A stretch of 64,000 nt of DNA. Source: a virus. The notes beneath the pieces were generated by a model. That model had not been told where the DNA came from and searched no databases. It was given only the letters and a program-made list of their open reading frames with translations. Made by a program: the position numbers and the translations under genes. Positions 17,489-25,984 of the stretch are shown piece by piece. Location of the stretch: IMG/VR virus record IMGVR_UViG_3300023198_001125; one strand, 5' to 3'. Numbering within the stretch: the stretch's first letter is position 1; each line of letters starts with the position of its first letter.

Positions 17489-17560
17489 AGGGATATAGGC
17501 TAATTGGTAAACCGCCGGTCTCCAAAACCGGTCATCGAGGTTCGAGCCCTCGTTTCCCTG
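17489..17560 (+). tRNA. tRNA-Trp(CCA)
   Basis: Cloverleaf, loop CTCCAAA. Confidence 0.9.
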
Positions 17561-17587
17561 CCTAAAACATTCATATAGGAGGCTATT

Positions 17588-17977
17588 ATGAACAGCAAAG
17601 AAATGTACGAGAAATATCGTAGGTCTATGATCTGGGCAATAGCATTTGCGGTAGTTTCACTGATTTGTCTTCTGCTGGCCCTGTTCGTTTTTGTTGGATC
17701 GGCGCTATCAGAGGAAGACAACTGCGGCGTAATAAAAGTATGGCCGAGCCATCAGTATTGTGATGGTGGAACACGCACTTTGTATATGTGCGCAACTGAG
17801 AATGGTGGATATTTCAAGACCACTTGCCTTGGTGTTCCAGAATACGTAGAAGAATGTACATGGCGAGATGGCATATGCTATTCTCCTGCACCTATGCCAG
17901 AGATAGACCTGATGCACTTACCAATTGTGGTGAACATGAGACATTTGCCAACACCAGCACCAACAATGACCCCCTGA
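17588..17977 (+). CDS. membrane-anchored Cys-rich protein within the tRNA cluster
   Basis: N-terminal TM, six Cys, Pro-rich tail, AGGAGG RBS. Confidence 0.7.
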   Translation: MNSKEMYEKYRRSMIWAIAFAVVSLICLLLALFVFVGSALSEEDNCGVIKVWPSHQYCDGGTRTLYMCATENGGYFKTTCLGVPEYVEECTWRDGICYSPAPMPEIDLMHLPIVVNMRHLPTPAPTMTP

Positions 17978-18048
17978 CCTTATCGTCTAATGGATAGGAC
18001 GCCTGGCTTTCACCCAGGAAACCGTGGGTTCAACTCCCCGTAAGGCCA
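17976..18048 (+). tRNA. tRNA-Glu(UUC)
   Basis: Cloverleaf, loop CTTTCAC. Confidence 0.85.
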
Positions 18049-18052
18049 CAAT

Positions 18053-18124
18053 GATCGTATCGTCTAGCGGCTAGGACGCTACCCTCTCAAGGTAGAAACC
18101 ATGGTTCGATCCCCTGTATGATCA
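18053..18124 (+). tRNA. tRNA-Glu(CUC)
   Basis: Cloverleaf, loop CTCTCAA. Confidence 0.88.
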
Positions 18125-18178
18125 CTAGTTCGTCGTGATGTTAATCGGCGGACAAAACCAACTTTAGGAGGTGCCAAA

Positions 18179-18604
18179 ATGGCACAATCAAATTCCGCAA
18201 ATGGTTATTTCCACATGGTATTAGTGGGTAACCTGGCAGCCGACCCTGAGCTTCGTTATACGCCCGGTGGCACGGCAGTATGCAACTTCCGCATCGCAGT
18301 AAATCAGCGGGTTCCCGCTGGTAACGATGAGTGGGAAGTAGTTCCACAATGGTTCAAGGTAGCATGCTGGGGTAAGCAGGGTGAAGCCTGCAACCAGTAT
18401 CTCAAGAAGGGTTCCCGTGTACTCGTCGATGTGTCCCGCATGAACTTCGATAAGCTGACCGGCGCCCCTGAGCTCTTCCAGCGCCAAGACGGCACCAACG
18501 GCGCTAACTATGAAGTAACCGCTCAAACGGTTCGCTTCCTGGATAGCCGCCCCGCTGATCAGCCTGGCGAGCCCATGGTTGAAGAAACAATCGACTTCAA
18601 CTAA
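18179..18604 (+). CDS. ssb: single-stranded DNA-binding protein
   Basis: LVGNLAADPELRYTPGGTAVCNFRIAVN; acidic ...IDFN tail. Confidence 0.95.
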   Translation: MAQSNSANGYFHMVLVGNLAADPELRYTPGGTAVCNFRIAVNQRVPAGNDEWEVVPQWFKVACWGKQGEACNQYLKKGSRVLVDVSRMNFDKLTGAPELFQRQDGTNGANYEVTAQTVRFLDSRPADQPGEPMVEETIDFN

Positions 18605-18618
18605 GTTTGTTGGCCCAG

Positions 18619-18648
18619 CCCCCACCTTAACCGGTGGGGGTTTTTTTT
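18619..18648 (+). terminator. intrinsic terminator
   Basis: CCCCCACC/GGTGGGGG followed by T8. Confidence 0.85.
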
Positions 18649-18663
18649 GGAAGGAGTAGTGTT

Positions 18664-19392
18664 ATGCCTCAGCTTTATGAATTGTTAGCAGTAGAACCCG
18701 AATTGCGTCAGCAGGCTCAAGCCAAGCTCAAGGATATCTCCCTGATTTTCTCGAAGGGCGCAGGTCGATTTGTTGGTCAGTTGACATCTTTCAACGTTCT
18801 CTTGGAGGGAGAACCCGAGATCGAGGACGAAGAGATGGTGTTGGCCACTACCGTTGAGAAAGAGCTGCAAAGCCTATTTCATGTTTATGGTGGCTATTTG
18901 GATGTTACAATCCAGAAGGAAGTCACCAATACCAACACCAGAGCAACTGTTGAAATTGGTGATATCAATTTCGATCTCCCTGCGACTGCTTTGCTAAACC
19001 TGGAAAGTCGCCTGGAGGAGCTCAGAAAGGTCTACGCTCGTATCCCAACCCTTGACCCATCAGAAGTATGGGTTTTCGATGTAGGTCAAGAGCGCTACGT
19101 ATCCAAAGTACGCAGCACGATCCGAACGAAGAAAGTCCCGAAGACCATTGTAAAGTACGATGCCACGGTGGAGCATCCCGCACAGGTAGAACTGTTCAAC
19201 GAGGATGTTCCTGCGTATAAGCTCGAGAAGACCGTTTTCTCCGGCGCTTTGACTGTTGCAGCGAAGACTGCTCGCATTGAGCGGATTGACGAACTCATCC
19301 GTCTGGTCAAAAAGGCTCGTCAACGGGCTAATGATACTGAACTGGACTTTGGGAAAATCTCCGAAGCTCTTGAAGAGTACATTAATGGATAA
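18664..19392 (+). CDS. conserved hypothetical protein (resembles the family I recall as DUF7873)
   Basis: PATALLNLE..L, IPTLDP, RTKKVP...VKYDATVEHPAQV...EDV, FSGAL, VKKARQRAN; family name from memory, unverified. Confidence 0.7.
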   Translation: MPQLYELLAVEPELRQQAQAKLKDISLIFSKGAGRFVGQLTSFNVLLEGEPEIEDEEMVLATTVEKELQSLFHVYGGYLDVTIQKEVTNTNTRATVEIGDINFDLPATALLNLESRLEELRKVYARIPTLDPSEVWVFDVGQERYVSKVRSTIRTKKVPKTIVKYDATVEHPAQVELFNEDVPAYKLEKTVFSGALTVAAKTARIERIDELIRLVKKARQRANDTELDFGKISEALEEYING

Positions 19393-19764
19393 GGAGTAGC
19401 GTTAGTTTGAGCATCAGCATTGAATGAGACCCAGGCAATTGGTAAGTCCTGGTGAAGCATCAGTGTTGTACTCCGCTAGCGTCAGTCTCACAGACCGGTT
19501 GTTGACCATTATATGATCCACCTATAGACTACAGGTTCGAGCCCTGTCCCCCTCTCCTTCAATCATTCTCACTATAACGAAATTACTAGTGAGGGGGTAG
19601 CATAATGGAAATGCAATAGACTGTTTGGTGAATATTACAGTCAACAGCCCGAGAGACTGAGGTGCGGGTAAGCACCCAGTCTCTCCTCATATCAGAAGGG
19701 GGAGGCACAGGACACCTAGCTTACAACTCTAAAAATGTAAATCTTAGTCCTCCTCTCCCCCTTC
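19393..19764 (+). ncRNA. multi-domain structured RNA with a circularly permuted tRNA-like core (YrlA/Y-RNA-like topology)
   Basis: T-arm 19531-19547 and CCCCCTC 19548-19554 lie upstream of GAGGGGG 19591-19597 and the D-arm 19600-19614; flanks pair into a long helix. Confidence 0.75.
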
Positions 19765-19778
19765 GCCATGGAGGTAAC

Positions 19779-20018
19779 ATGGAGATATACGAATTTAGCT
19801 ACAACGGTTTTGGGGGTTTTTGCAATCAAGAAAAAGTTATGGAGTACACAGTCAAGTTCGAGCACTGGACAAACGATCCTGGTATTTTTGTTGGTACGTG
19901 CTCAGATGGACAAGAGCGACTTGTACCAACATATGCGATTGTAGATTACCCCGAGGTTGATTTACCAGAGCAAGATTTATCCAAGATGGTTTATTTTGGA
20001 ATACCAGCAACAAGCTGA
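19779..20018 (+). CDS. hypothetical protein
   Basis: GGAGGT RBS before ATG 19779. Confidence 0.65.
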   Translation: MEIYEFSYNGFGGFCNQEKVMEYTVKFEHWTNDPGIFVGTCSDGQERLVPTYAIVDYPEVDLPEQDLSKMVYFGIPATS

Positions 20019-20041
20019 TTGAAGGCAATCATGGAGGTAAC

Positions 20042-20218
20042 ATGCATATTTTAGTAGCTCTAAAAAATACCCGCGCAAGTACAATTAAGTTCCTTGAGGA
20101 TGTCGAGGACGAAGATTATCGAGAACTTCTCAAGGAGGAAATAAAACAACTTACTACCAAAATTGAGGAGGCTCGAAATGGCCCAGCAACTAAATTACGA
20201 AATTCAGCCCTGCATTGA
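20042..20218 (+). CDS. small coiled-coil protein
   Basis: GGAGGT RBS, 58 aa translated by hand. Confidence 0.5.
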   Translation: MHILVALKNTRASTIKFLEDVEDEDYRELLKEEIKQLTTKIEEARNGPATKLRNSALH

Positions 20219-20453
20219 TGGCGAGTGGGGTGAAATTCATGAGTATGTGTTTCAAGATGCAGTCACCCAGGCCAAATGGGAATTGAAAGAATTCGGCGCA
20301 ATGAGAGCGATGCGAAACCTACAGGCTCTTCAGGAGCTAGTAGATAGCAAAACCTGGAGATCGGTGGAGGCCGCTGATCTTATTCTGAGAATTCAGAGAT
20401 TGGCCCTGGAGGAGAAACATGAAGTCAGGATCGGTAAAGTTGTCCACAGTTAA
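20178..20453 (+). CDS. hypothetical protein
   Basis: GGAGG RBS before ATG 20178. Confidence 0.6.
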   Translation: MAQQLNYEIQPCIDGEWGEIHEYVFQDAVTQAKWELKEFGAMRAMRNLQALQELVDSKTWRSVEAADLILRIQRLALEEKHEVRIGKVVHS

Positions 20454-20643
20454 GAAGCACAATCGCCTTGACGCTGAGTATTATCTCGGCGTCGAGGCGG
20501 AGAAAGACTTGGAGCTGGCCAGAAAGCACGCGGTCAAAACCTTCAAGGCTACTGGGAAACGTCTGCTGCGCGGAATATGGGGTACAATAAAAGGTAGAGT
20601 GCGGTACTACTACTGGAAAGCCACTGGGCAGGTCAGAACATGA
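20419..20643 (+). CDS. hypothetical protein
   Basis: 74 aa, GGAGGAG RBS; NRLDAEYY motif. Confidence 0.6.
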   Translation: MKSGSVKLSTVKKHNRLDAEYYLGVEAEKDLELARKHAVKTFKATGKRLLRGIWGTIKGRVRYYYWKATGQVRT

Positions 20644-20703
20644 GTTACGCAAAAAACCCCCTCCCCAGGGCTGGTTTTCGACACCGAAAAGTAAGGAGTT
20701 CAA

Positions 20704-21126
20704 ATGAGATGTCCCAATTGCAACAAAATGAATTTCGGCACCAGGCAATGCGAAGAGTGCACAGAGAAGCTGGATGTTGGTGTCGCGACATGGAAGAAAA
20801 CACTTCCTGGATGGACTGGAGATGCAGCGATATATCATCTCGATCCGCCCTTCGAGTGGACTGACCTGGACGATGACGGGGAAACAGTAATTAACAAATC
20901 GACTGATTATGTTCTTATTAGTGCTACATTTGCCATGGTAGGCCCAGAAACCATTATGGTTGAGGCTGACGAAGACGGGCCCGTATTTGGTGATGTTGAT
21001 GCTAATGGGCAGCCTGTTGGTCTCAAGGCACTGGCAAAGCTGGTTGGGCAGATGGATCATAGACAAATATTACCTGAATACGAGTTCCGTATGCAGTATC
21101 TCGATAGAGCGGATTATGCGGAGTAG
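20704..21126 (+). CDS. hypothetical protein with N-terminal Zn ribbon
   Basis: CPNC...CEEC, AAGGAG RBS. Confidence 0.7.
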   Translation: MRCPNCNKMNFGTRQCEECTEKLDVGVATWKKTLPGWTGDAAIYHLDPPFEWTDLDDDGETVINKSTDYVLISATFAMVGPETIMVEADEDGPVFGDVDANGQPVGLKALAKLVGQMDHRQILPEYEFRMQYLDRADYAE

Positions 21127-21129
21127 AAC

Positions 21130-21330
21130 ATGGACAAAGACCAATTGATTGAATTTGGCATTCTTGCAAATACGCTTATCGTACTTACGCTTCAGTCTGG
21201 CGGCGAGATGACGATATCAAGGGACGAGTGGGAAAATATCTCGTCCTATACTGTCCTCCGGGAATACGATGAAGAAACAAACACTGATACATTCAAGCTG
21301 ATTGGTAAGAACAAAGACAGGCTGTTATAG
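21130..21330 (+). CDS. hypothetical protein
   Basis: 66 aa, GGAG RBS. Confidence 0.6.
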   Translation: MDKDQLIEFGILANTLIVLTLQSGGEMTISRDEWENISSYTVLREYDEETNTDTFKLIGKNKDRLL

Positions 21331-21499
21331 AACAAATGTTCTCTCAAGTGGTTTTGGATTATTTTGGCTTTATCCATTTCGGGTGTTTCAGGCAGTCTCA
21401 ACAAAACCTTTAGCTGACCGAAAATCCTGGAATGGCTCAAATAGGCACACTGGACGATCTCCTCTTCCAGTGTGTCTTTTTTATAACAAGGAGGTCGTA

Positions 21500-21748
21500 A
21501 TGACCAGTAAATTTCCAATGTATTTGGATTATGGAATAAAAATAGTATTGCTTATTTTGCTTTTTCTGGCGGTATTTGGCTCAATATACTTTTTGACCAC
21601 AACTCTTGAATGTGGCGGCTGTATCAAAGAGACAAGTATCTTAACCCTGCATGATGTAGACTATGAGTGTACATTCTACAACAACGGGGATATGATCTGC
21701 AAGGGCGTCAACGATGTGAACGTCGGAGCAGGAAGGATTTCACCATGA
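21500..21748 (+). CDS. small membrane protein
   Basis: AAGGAGGT RBS before ATG 21500; one TM. Confidence 0.6.
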   Translation: MTSKFPMYLDYGIKIVLLILLFLAVFGSIYFLTTTLECGGCIKETSILTLHDVDYECTFYNNGDMICKGVNDVNVGAGRISP

Positions 21749-22065
21749 AAACCGCTTTATTAGTACTTTCGTTTGGGGGATTGGCAGCTCTATTAGCGTA
21801 TTTCCTTGAGCTCCCAGTTCAACCGGAGACCGCCGCATTGGCGACAGCAATTGTCGTAATTTTCTTTCGAGTAAAGAGAGCTATGGGAATTGACCAGATT
21901 ATTACCTACAACAAAAGAGAGTGGAATGAGGCAACTCAAGAGTGGGCTGATGTCAATAAGAACATGCCCGAGAGCCCTGAGAAAACACAAGACCTAAATC
22001 GGATAGCGCGTGCTACATCTGCACGAGCTCAGGATGATAGGGACTTGAGGGGGTGGAAGTGGTAA
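21745..22065 (+). CDS. small membrane protein
   Basis: ATGA overlap, two TM. Confidence 0.6.
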   Translation: MKTALLVLSFGGLAALLAYFLELPVQPETAALATAIVVIFFRVKRAMGIDQIITYNKREWNEATQEWADVNKNMPESPEKTQDLNRIARATSARAQDDRDLRGWKW

Positions 22066-22180
22066 ATGTCCCCATATACAAGTTTTAGAGAAATGAAAGA
22101 GGATGAACTAGCCCTCATGCAGAGGCATGAGGGCGATCTTCCATTCATAGGCTGGAATACACAAACGTCGTGGAAAGGAG

Positions 22181-22960
22181 CTATTTCTCAACAGTTTGTT
22201 CTGATATATCCTGATGGAGGAGTTGCTCTTCTAATTGGTCATCACTCTCGTCAGTCTCGCTTTCTGTCATGGAAGACAAAGGCGTCGTTTCTGATGGAAA
22301 ATGTAACTCGTCGGACAGGGCTTGATCTATACCTAATTGATCTTCGAGCGAGCTACTGTCCGGATTGTCGAGTAAGGCAGGATTGGTGCTTATGTACTCT
22401 GCCTCTAATACCTCCTCTTCGACCTCGACGTACTCAGTCGGTAAAACAATCTTGACCTCAGTGAGGTCTATCTTGTTTTCAACAAGAAAGGAGACAAGTT
22501 CCTGTCTATCAGACTGAGCGGGCTGCATGTTCTCGAGCCCATTGAGTTGGATGACCTTCTCGATAGCACGTAGTTTAGTACCGGCGGCTATAGTGCCGGT
22601 CAAGAGACCTTTGAGCTTGCCAATGGCAAGTGGTAGCATGTCCGCTAACGCGCCCTGCGCTGCCTTGTATCTAGGATCATGCCCCAGCTCTGCAAAGAGC
22701 ATGTTGTAAGCAGTATCAAACTCTTCGGTTTTGGTGATGTCACGTAACTGGTGTGGGGAGATTTCCATTTCATCTGCGATCTCAGCCCATGTGCGTCCAT
22801 CATCAAGGTCAAGAAAGAGTGCAGCGGCTAGTTCTGCACGTTGTTGTCGTATAAAGTCTTCGCGCTCTGCTTTAGTGAGCTTTACACGACGTCCCTTTTT
22901 AGACTGGCGCTCTGCGAGAGCACCAGTAACTATTTCTGTATCAACTTTGAGCTTAGACAT
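22181..22960 (-). CDS. HTH-containing protein, possibly terminase small subunit-like or a regulator
   Basis: RTWAEIADEMEISPHQLR helix-turn-helix, acidic tail; lone minus-strand gene in a plus block. Confidence 0.6.
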   Translation of the reverse strand: MSKLKVDTEIVTGALAERQSKKGRRVKLTKAEREDFIRQQRAELAAALFLDLDDGRTWAEIADEMEISPHQLRDITKTEEFDTAYNMLFAELGHDPRYKAAQGALADMLPLAIGKLKGLLTGTIAAGTKLRAIEKVIQLNGLENMQPAQSDRQELVSFLVENKIDLTEVKIVLPTEYVEVEEEVLEAEYISTNPALLDNPDSSSLEDQLGIDQALSDELHFPSETTPLSSMTESETDESDDQLEEQLLHQDISEQTVEK

Positions 22961-22966
22961 ATGTCC

Positions 22967-22975
22967 ATTATAGCA
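22967..22975 (-). promoter_or_regulatory. extended -10 promoter, probably giving a leaderless transcript
   Basis: TG-C-TATAAT ending 6 nt before ATG 22960; no SD sequence. Confidence 0.55.
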
Positions 22976-23003
22976 CAAAGAATTATAAACTTGGAGGTTA
23001 GAG

Positions 23004-23309
23004 ATGGCTGAAGGCGATTTGCAAGGATTTGATCAATTTCTGGAAGGCTTGGGCGGCGGAGAGGGCGAGGCAGAAAACCCCCTGTTCGACCCGGAGCAAA
23101 TAATTACCCTGCGTTCTACTACTGGTGGCGGGCAAGACTTCGCTATTCCAGTGGAAGAGCCAACCTCGATCCGTGACCTCATTCAGGGCGCAAACCTGAC
23201 TGTATCGCAGGAGATTGAGTACTGGGTTGACGGCAATGTCGTCGAGCCAGATTATGTTGTAGCCCCTGGCGCAACCGTTACCGCTGTTGGTATGGTCAAG
23301 GGAGGCTGA
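23004..23309 (+). CDS. ubiquitin-like (beta-grasp) protein ending in Gly-Gly
   Basis: ...YWVDGNVVEPDYVVAPGATVTAVGMVKGG-stop; first gene of a Ubl/E2/JAB/E1 cluster. Confidence 0.85.
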   Translation: MAEGDLQGFDQFLEGLGGGEGEAENPLFDPEQIITLRSTTGGGQDFAIPVEEPTSIRDLIQGANLTVSQEIEYWVDGNVVEPDYVVAPGATVTAVGMVKGG

Positions 23310-23375
23310 AAACTAAAGTGGTGTATCCTTGCCCTCCCCACGGTGAGGGTACACCATTATCTCTAGGAGCAGAGC

Positions 23376-24077
23376 ATGGTAATTACAGTAAAGAAGAAGT
23401 GCAAGGTAGATGACGGAGTGATGATTATCTATAAGGAGATGGCTCTCAAAGCACTCGAGGCTATCTATGACAATCTCAACACATCGAGAGCCGCCGCAAA
23501 ATATCTCTCCGATAGAAGAGGAGATGTTGCACGTCTCAATGACATAGCCAAGGGCGTATCCAGGCCAGGTAGAGGCATAGACTTAGAGAAGACCAGGCTA
23601 AGAGGAATTGACTTTCATAATATTACAGTGAAAAATATATATGGTAAAAATTATCTAGTAGCACATACAAGAGACATGATAATGACTACTCCTGGTCAGA
23701 GGCACAGTTCGGAAGACTATAGTCCGATGCGTCGCTATACTCATTACGGTTATGAGTATGACCATGGCGATTACAGGGTCTATGTCGATATAAATACCCT
23801 GGGAACACCTAATATATCTCAGTTGCATTTTATACCTGACCTCGACGAGTTCACAGAGAGCAGGCACTACCATCACAAGGCTGATCCAAGGCCAGAGATG
23901 GATCACCCGGTACAGATGGCCCCCTACTCTTGTTGGGGCAATTTTGCAGGCCCGCTGGCGGCCAACCTGTCTTATTGCGACCTGCCGGAATTGTTTAGAA
24001 TGCTAAGAGCATTTGTTGGCCGCTATAATCCTGGCTCGCCACTAACAACCCCTAGATTTGGGAAAGGTAAAATATGA
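23376..24077 (+). CDS. prokaryotic E2-like protein (putative Ubl-conjugating enzyme)
   Basis: C-terminal HYHH...YSCWGNF with a candidate catalytic Cys; located between Ubl and JAB. Confidence 0.6.
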   Translation: MVITVKKKCKVDDGVMIIYKEMALKALEAIYDNLNTSRAAAKYLSDRRGDVARLNDIAKGVSRPGRGIDLEKTRLRGIDFHNITVKNIYGKNYLVAHTRDMIMTTPGQRHSSEDYSPMRRYTHYGYEYDHGDYRVYVDINTLGTPNISQLHFIPDLDEFTESRHYHHKADPRPEMDHPVQMAPYSCWGNFAGPLAANLSYCDLPELFRMLRAFVGRYNPGSPLTTPRFGKGKI

Positions 24078-24793
24078 ATATCAAACTACGAATGACGGCC
24101 TCTGTTGCCTTGAGGTTAGAGACCGCAGTCAAGGAAACTCGTGGACTTGAGTTTTCTGGCCTTGGTTTCTGCAAGCAGGAGCGGGGCGGCATTGTAATCT
24201 ATGATGTTGTAGTCATGCATGTAGGAAGCGAGGCATATACAGAGATAGACCCTAAAAGTGTTATCGATCTCATGGAGAGAGAAGACAACGAGAACATGCA
24301 TGTCTGGTTTCACAGACATCCAGTTGGGAACGGGATACCAGGCAGGCATTGCTGGAGTGGGATGGACGAGAATACCATCCAGACCAACCCGCTGGGCGGC
24401 ATTCCAGAGCTAGTCAAGTGGAGTATATCCATTGTACGTACACCAGGCGGGTGGGTGGGCAGACTGGACGACCACATCAACAAGACTACCATGCACATCC
24501 CGCTGCATCCGCAACTACCAATGGATTACATCCAATGTATCAGGGATATGACCCCGAAACAGTTCACGGCTTACCCGATGCCGAATGAGAAAAAAAAGCC
24601 GATCCTTCTCCGACCCCTGGCACGGAAAAATCGAGAAGTCACAGAGAAGGTCTATTCAGACGCCTTTGGCGACGACTACTGGACTGAACAGAGGTGGTAC
24701 GAAGAAGATTACGACACCGATACCGAGCTCGAGTTCCAACTTAGCTTATGGGAGCCAGATAATGACGATGAGAGAATACCTGGAGAACATTAG
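24074..24793 (+). CDS. JAB/MPN metallopeptidase (deubiquitinase-like)
   Basis: LEFSG; WFHRHP...WSGMD (E, HxH, SxxD). Confidence 0.85.
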   Translation: MNIKLRMTASVALRLETAVKETRGLEFSGLGFCKQERGGIVIYDVVVMHVGSEAYTEIDPKSVIDLMEREDNENMHVWFHRHPVGNGIPGRHCWSGMDENTIQTNPLGGIPELVKWSISIVRTPGGWVGRLDDHINKTTMHIPLHPQLPMDYIQCIRDMTPKQFTAYPMPNEKKKPILLRPLARKNREVTEKVYSDAFGDDYWTEQRWYEEDYDTDTELEFQLSLWEPDNDDERIPGEH

Positions 24794-24959
24794 TTCTTTG
24801 GCTAAAGAATTCCCCGAAGTTTTAGATTACGTTGTGGTTTCAAACAAGGGAGGGTTTCATGACGAGGTTGAGTTCTACCCACATCCAGGACTATGGCAAC
24901 CGAAGTCAGGAGCATTTCGTACTGGCACAAATAAAGCCAATGCGATCTGTATAAACTGA
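24762..24959 (+). CDS. hypothetical protein
   Basis: GGAG RBS, MTMREYLENI... Confidence 0.55.
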   Translation: MTMREYLENISSLAKEFPEVLDYVVVSNKGGFHDEVEFYPHPGLWQPKSGAFRTGTNKANAICIN

Positions 24960-24970
24960 GGAGATGAAGA

Positions 24971-25198
24971 ATGAAGTCAGTACACAAAGCGCTGGTTGTA
25001 GTTCACAATGTAAAGTACACCAGAATGGTTCGAGAGGCCAGGTTTAGAGGCAGGGTAGAGAGGGTGTTTGGTCAGACCAAGTTCCTATGGACTGGGCTGG
25101 TAAAGGTGAACGCTAGACTTCATCAGGTGTTTGGCTACACTCACTCGTTCAACGTCCCGCCTGTAAATTGGAGTTCCCAGGAGGAGATAAATGGTTGA
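24971..25198 (+). CDS. small basic protein
   Basis: GAGGAG RBS, 75 aa. Confidence 0.6.
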   Translation: MKSVHKALVVVHNVKYTRMVREARFRGRVERVFGQTKFLWTGLVKVNARLHQVFGYTHSFNVPPVNWSSQEEING

Positions 25199-25871
25199 CC
25201 ACATTAGACATAGTGGTATCTTTCAGATAAAGGATCAAGACATCAGCGTTGTTGGGTGTGGAGGTATCGGCGCCATCACTGCCATTACGCTGGCAAAGAT
25301 GGGGTTCGATAACATCCAACTTTTCGACGCCGAAAACGTTGAGGAGGAAAATATTGCTACTCAGTTCCACCCACTTGGTTCGCTTAACAAACCAAAGAAT
25401 TTGTCGGTGCAACGAGAGATAGGCAAGCACGATCCATCGATAGAGGTGCACACATTTCCCAACGTTGATGAGAATACCAACCTGGTTGGCCAGTTCATCT
25501 TTTGTACGGTGGACAGCATTACCTCCAGGAAGGCAGTCTGGGAGGCGGCGAAGAAAGGCCGGTGGCTGTACTATCTTGATGCCCGCATGGGTGCCGAGGT
25601 GTTTCAGTTATACAGTGTACACAACGCCGACATGGAGTGGTATGATAAGAGGCTGGCTCAAATTAGTGAAGACGACATACCCGAGCTACCCTGTACTGAG
25701 AAAGCAACCATCTACACCGCCATGGGTGCCGCCAGTTTTATCGGCAGTACTGTAAGGAAATTCCTAACCAACCAACATGTTCCAAGATTTCAACAAATGG
25801 ATTACGTCAATGGTACATTCTTTCATTCAGGCTTTCATAAGGAAAGTGACATTTCCCCGCTGTCAAAGTGA
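25191..25871 (+). CDS. ThiF/E1-like Ubl-activating enzyme
   Basis: VVGCGGIG, LFDAENVEEENIATQ, CTVDS, LDARMG, candidate catalytic Cys in PELPCTEK. Confidence 0.9.
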   Translation: MVDHIRHSGIFQIKDQDISVVGCGGIGAITAITLAKMGFDNIQLFDAENVEEENIATQFHPLGSLNKPKNLSVQREIGKHDPSIEVHTFPNVDENTNLVGQFIFCTVDSITSRKAVWEAAKKGRWLYYLDARMGAEVFQLYSVHNADMEWYDKRLAQISEDDIPELPCTEKATIYTAMGAASFIGSTVRKFLTNQHVPRFQQMDYVNGTFFHSGFHKESDISPLSK

Positions 25872-25984
25872 GGAAGGTGTTGTACTCCAGTGAATATGGA
25901 AATGGCACTCACTGGAGGTGAGTTCAATGATGGCTGACAAAAACCAAGTATATTATATCGGAGTTGGGGAACGGGAGGTGTATC

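Noticed and set aside
19480-19660. Two-piece tmRNA or a simple permuted tRNA-Asn(GUU)
   Set aside because: True D-stem, no G3:U70 and no tag ORF, so not tmRNA. No junction I tried gives a canonical anticodon loop with purine 37, so a mature tRNA-Asn is unsupported.
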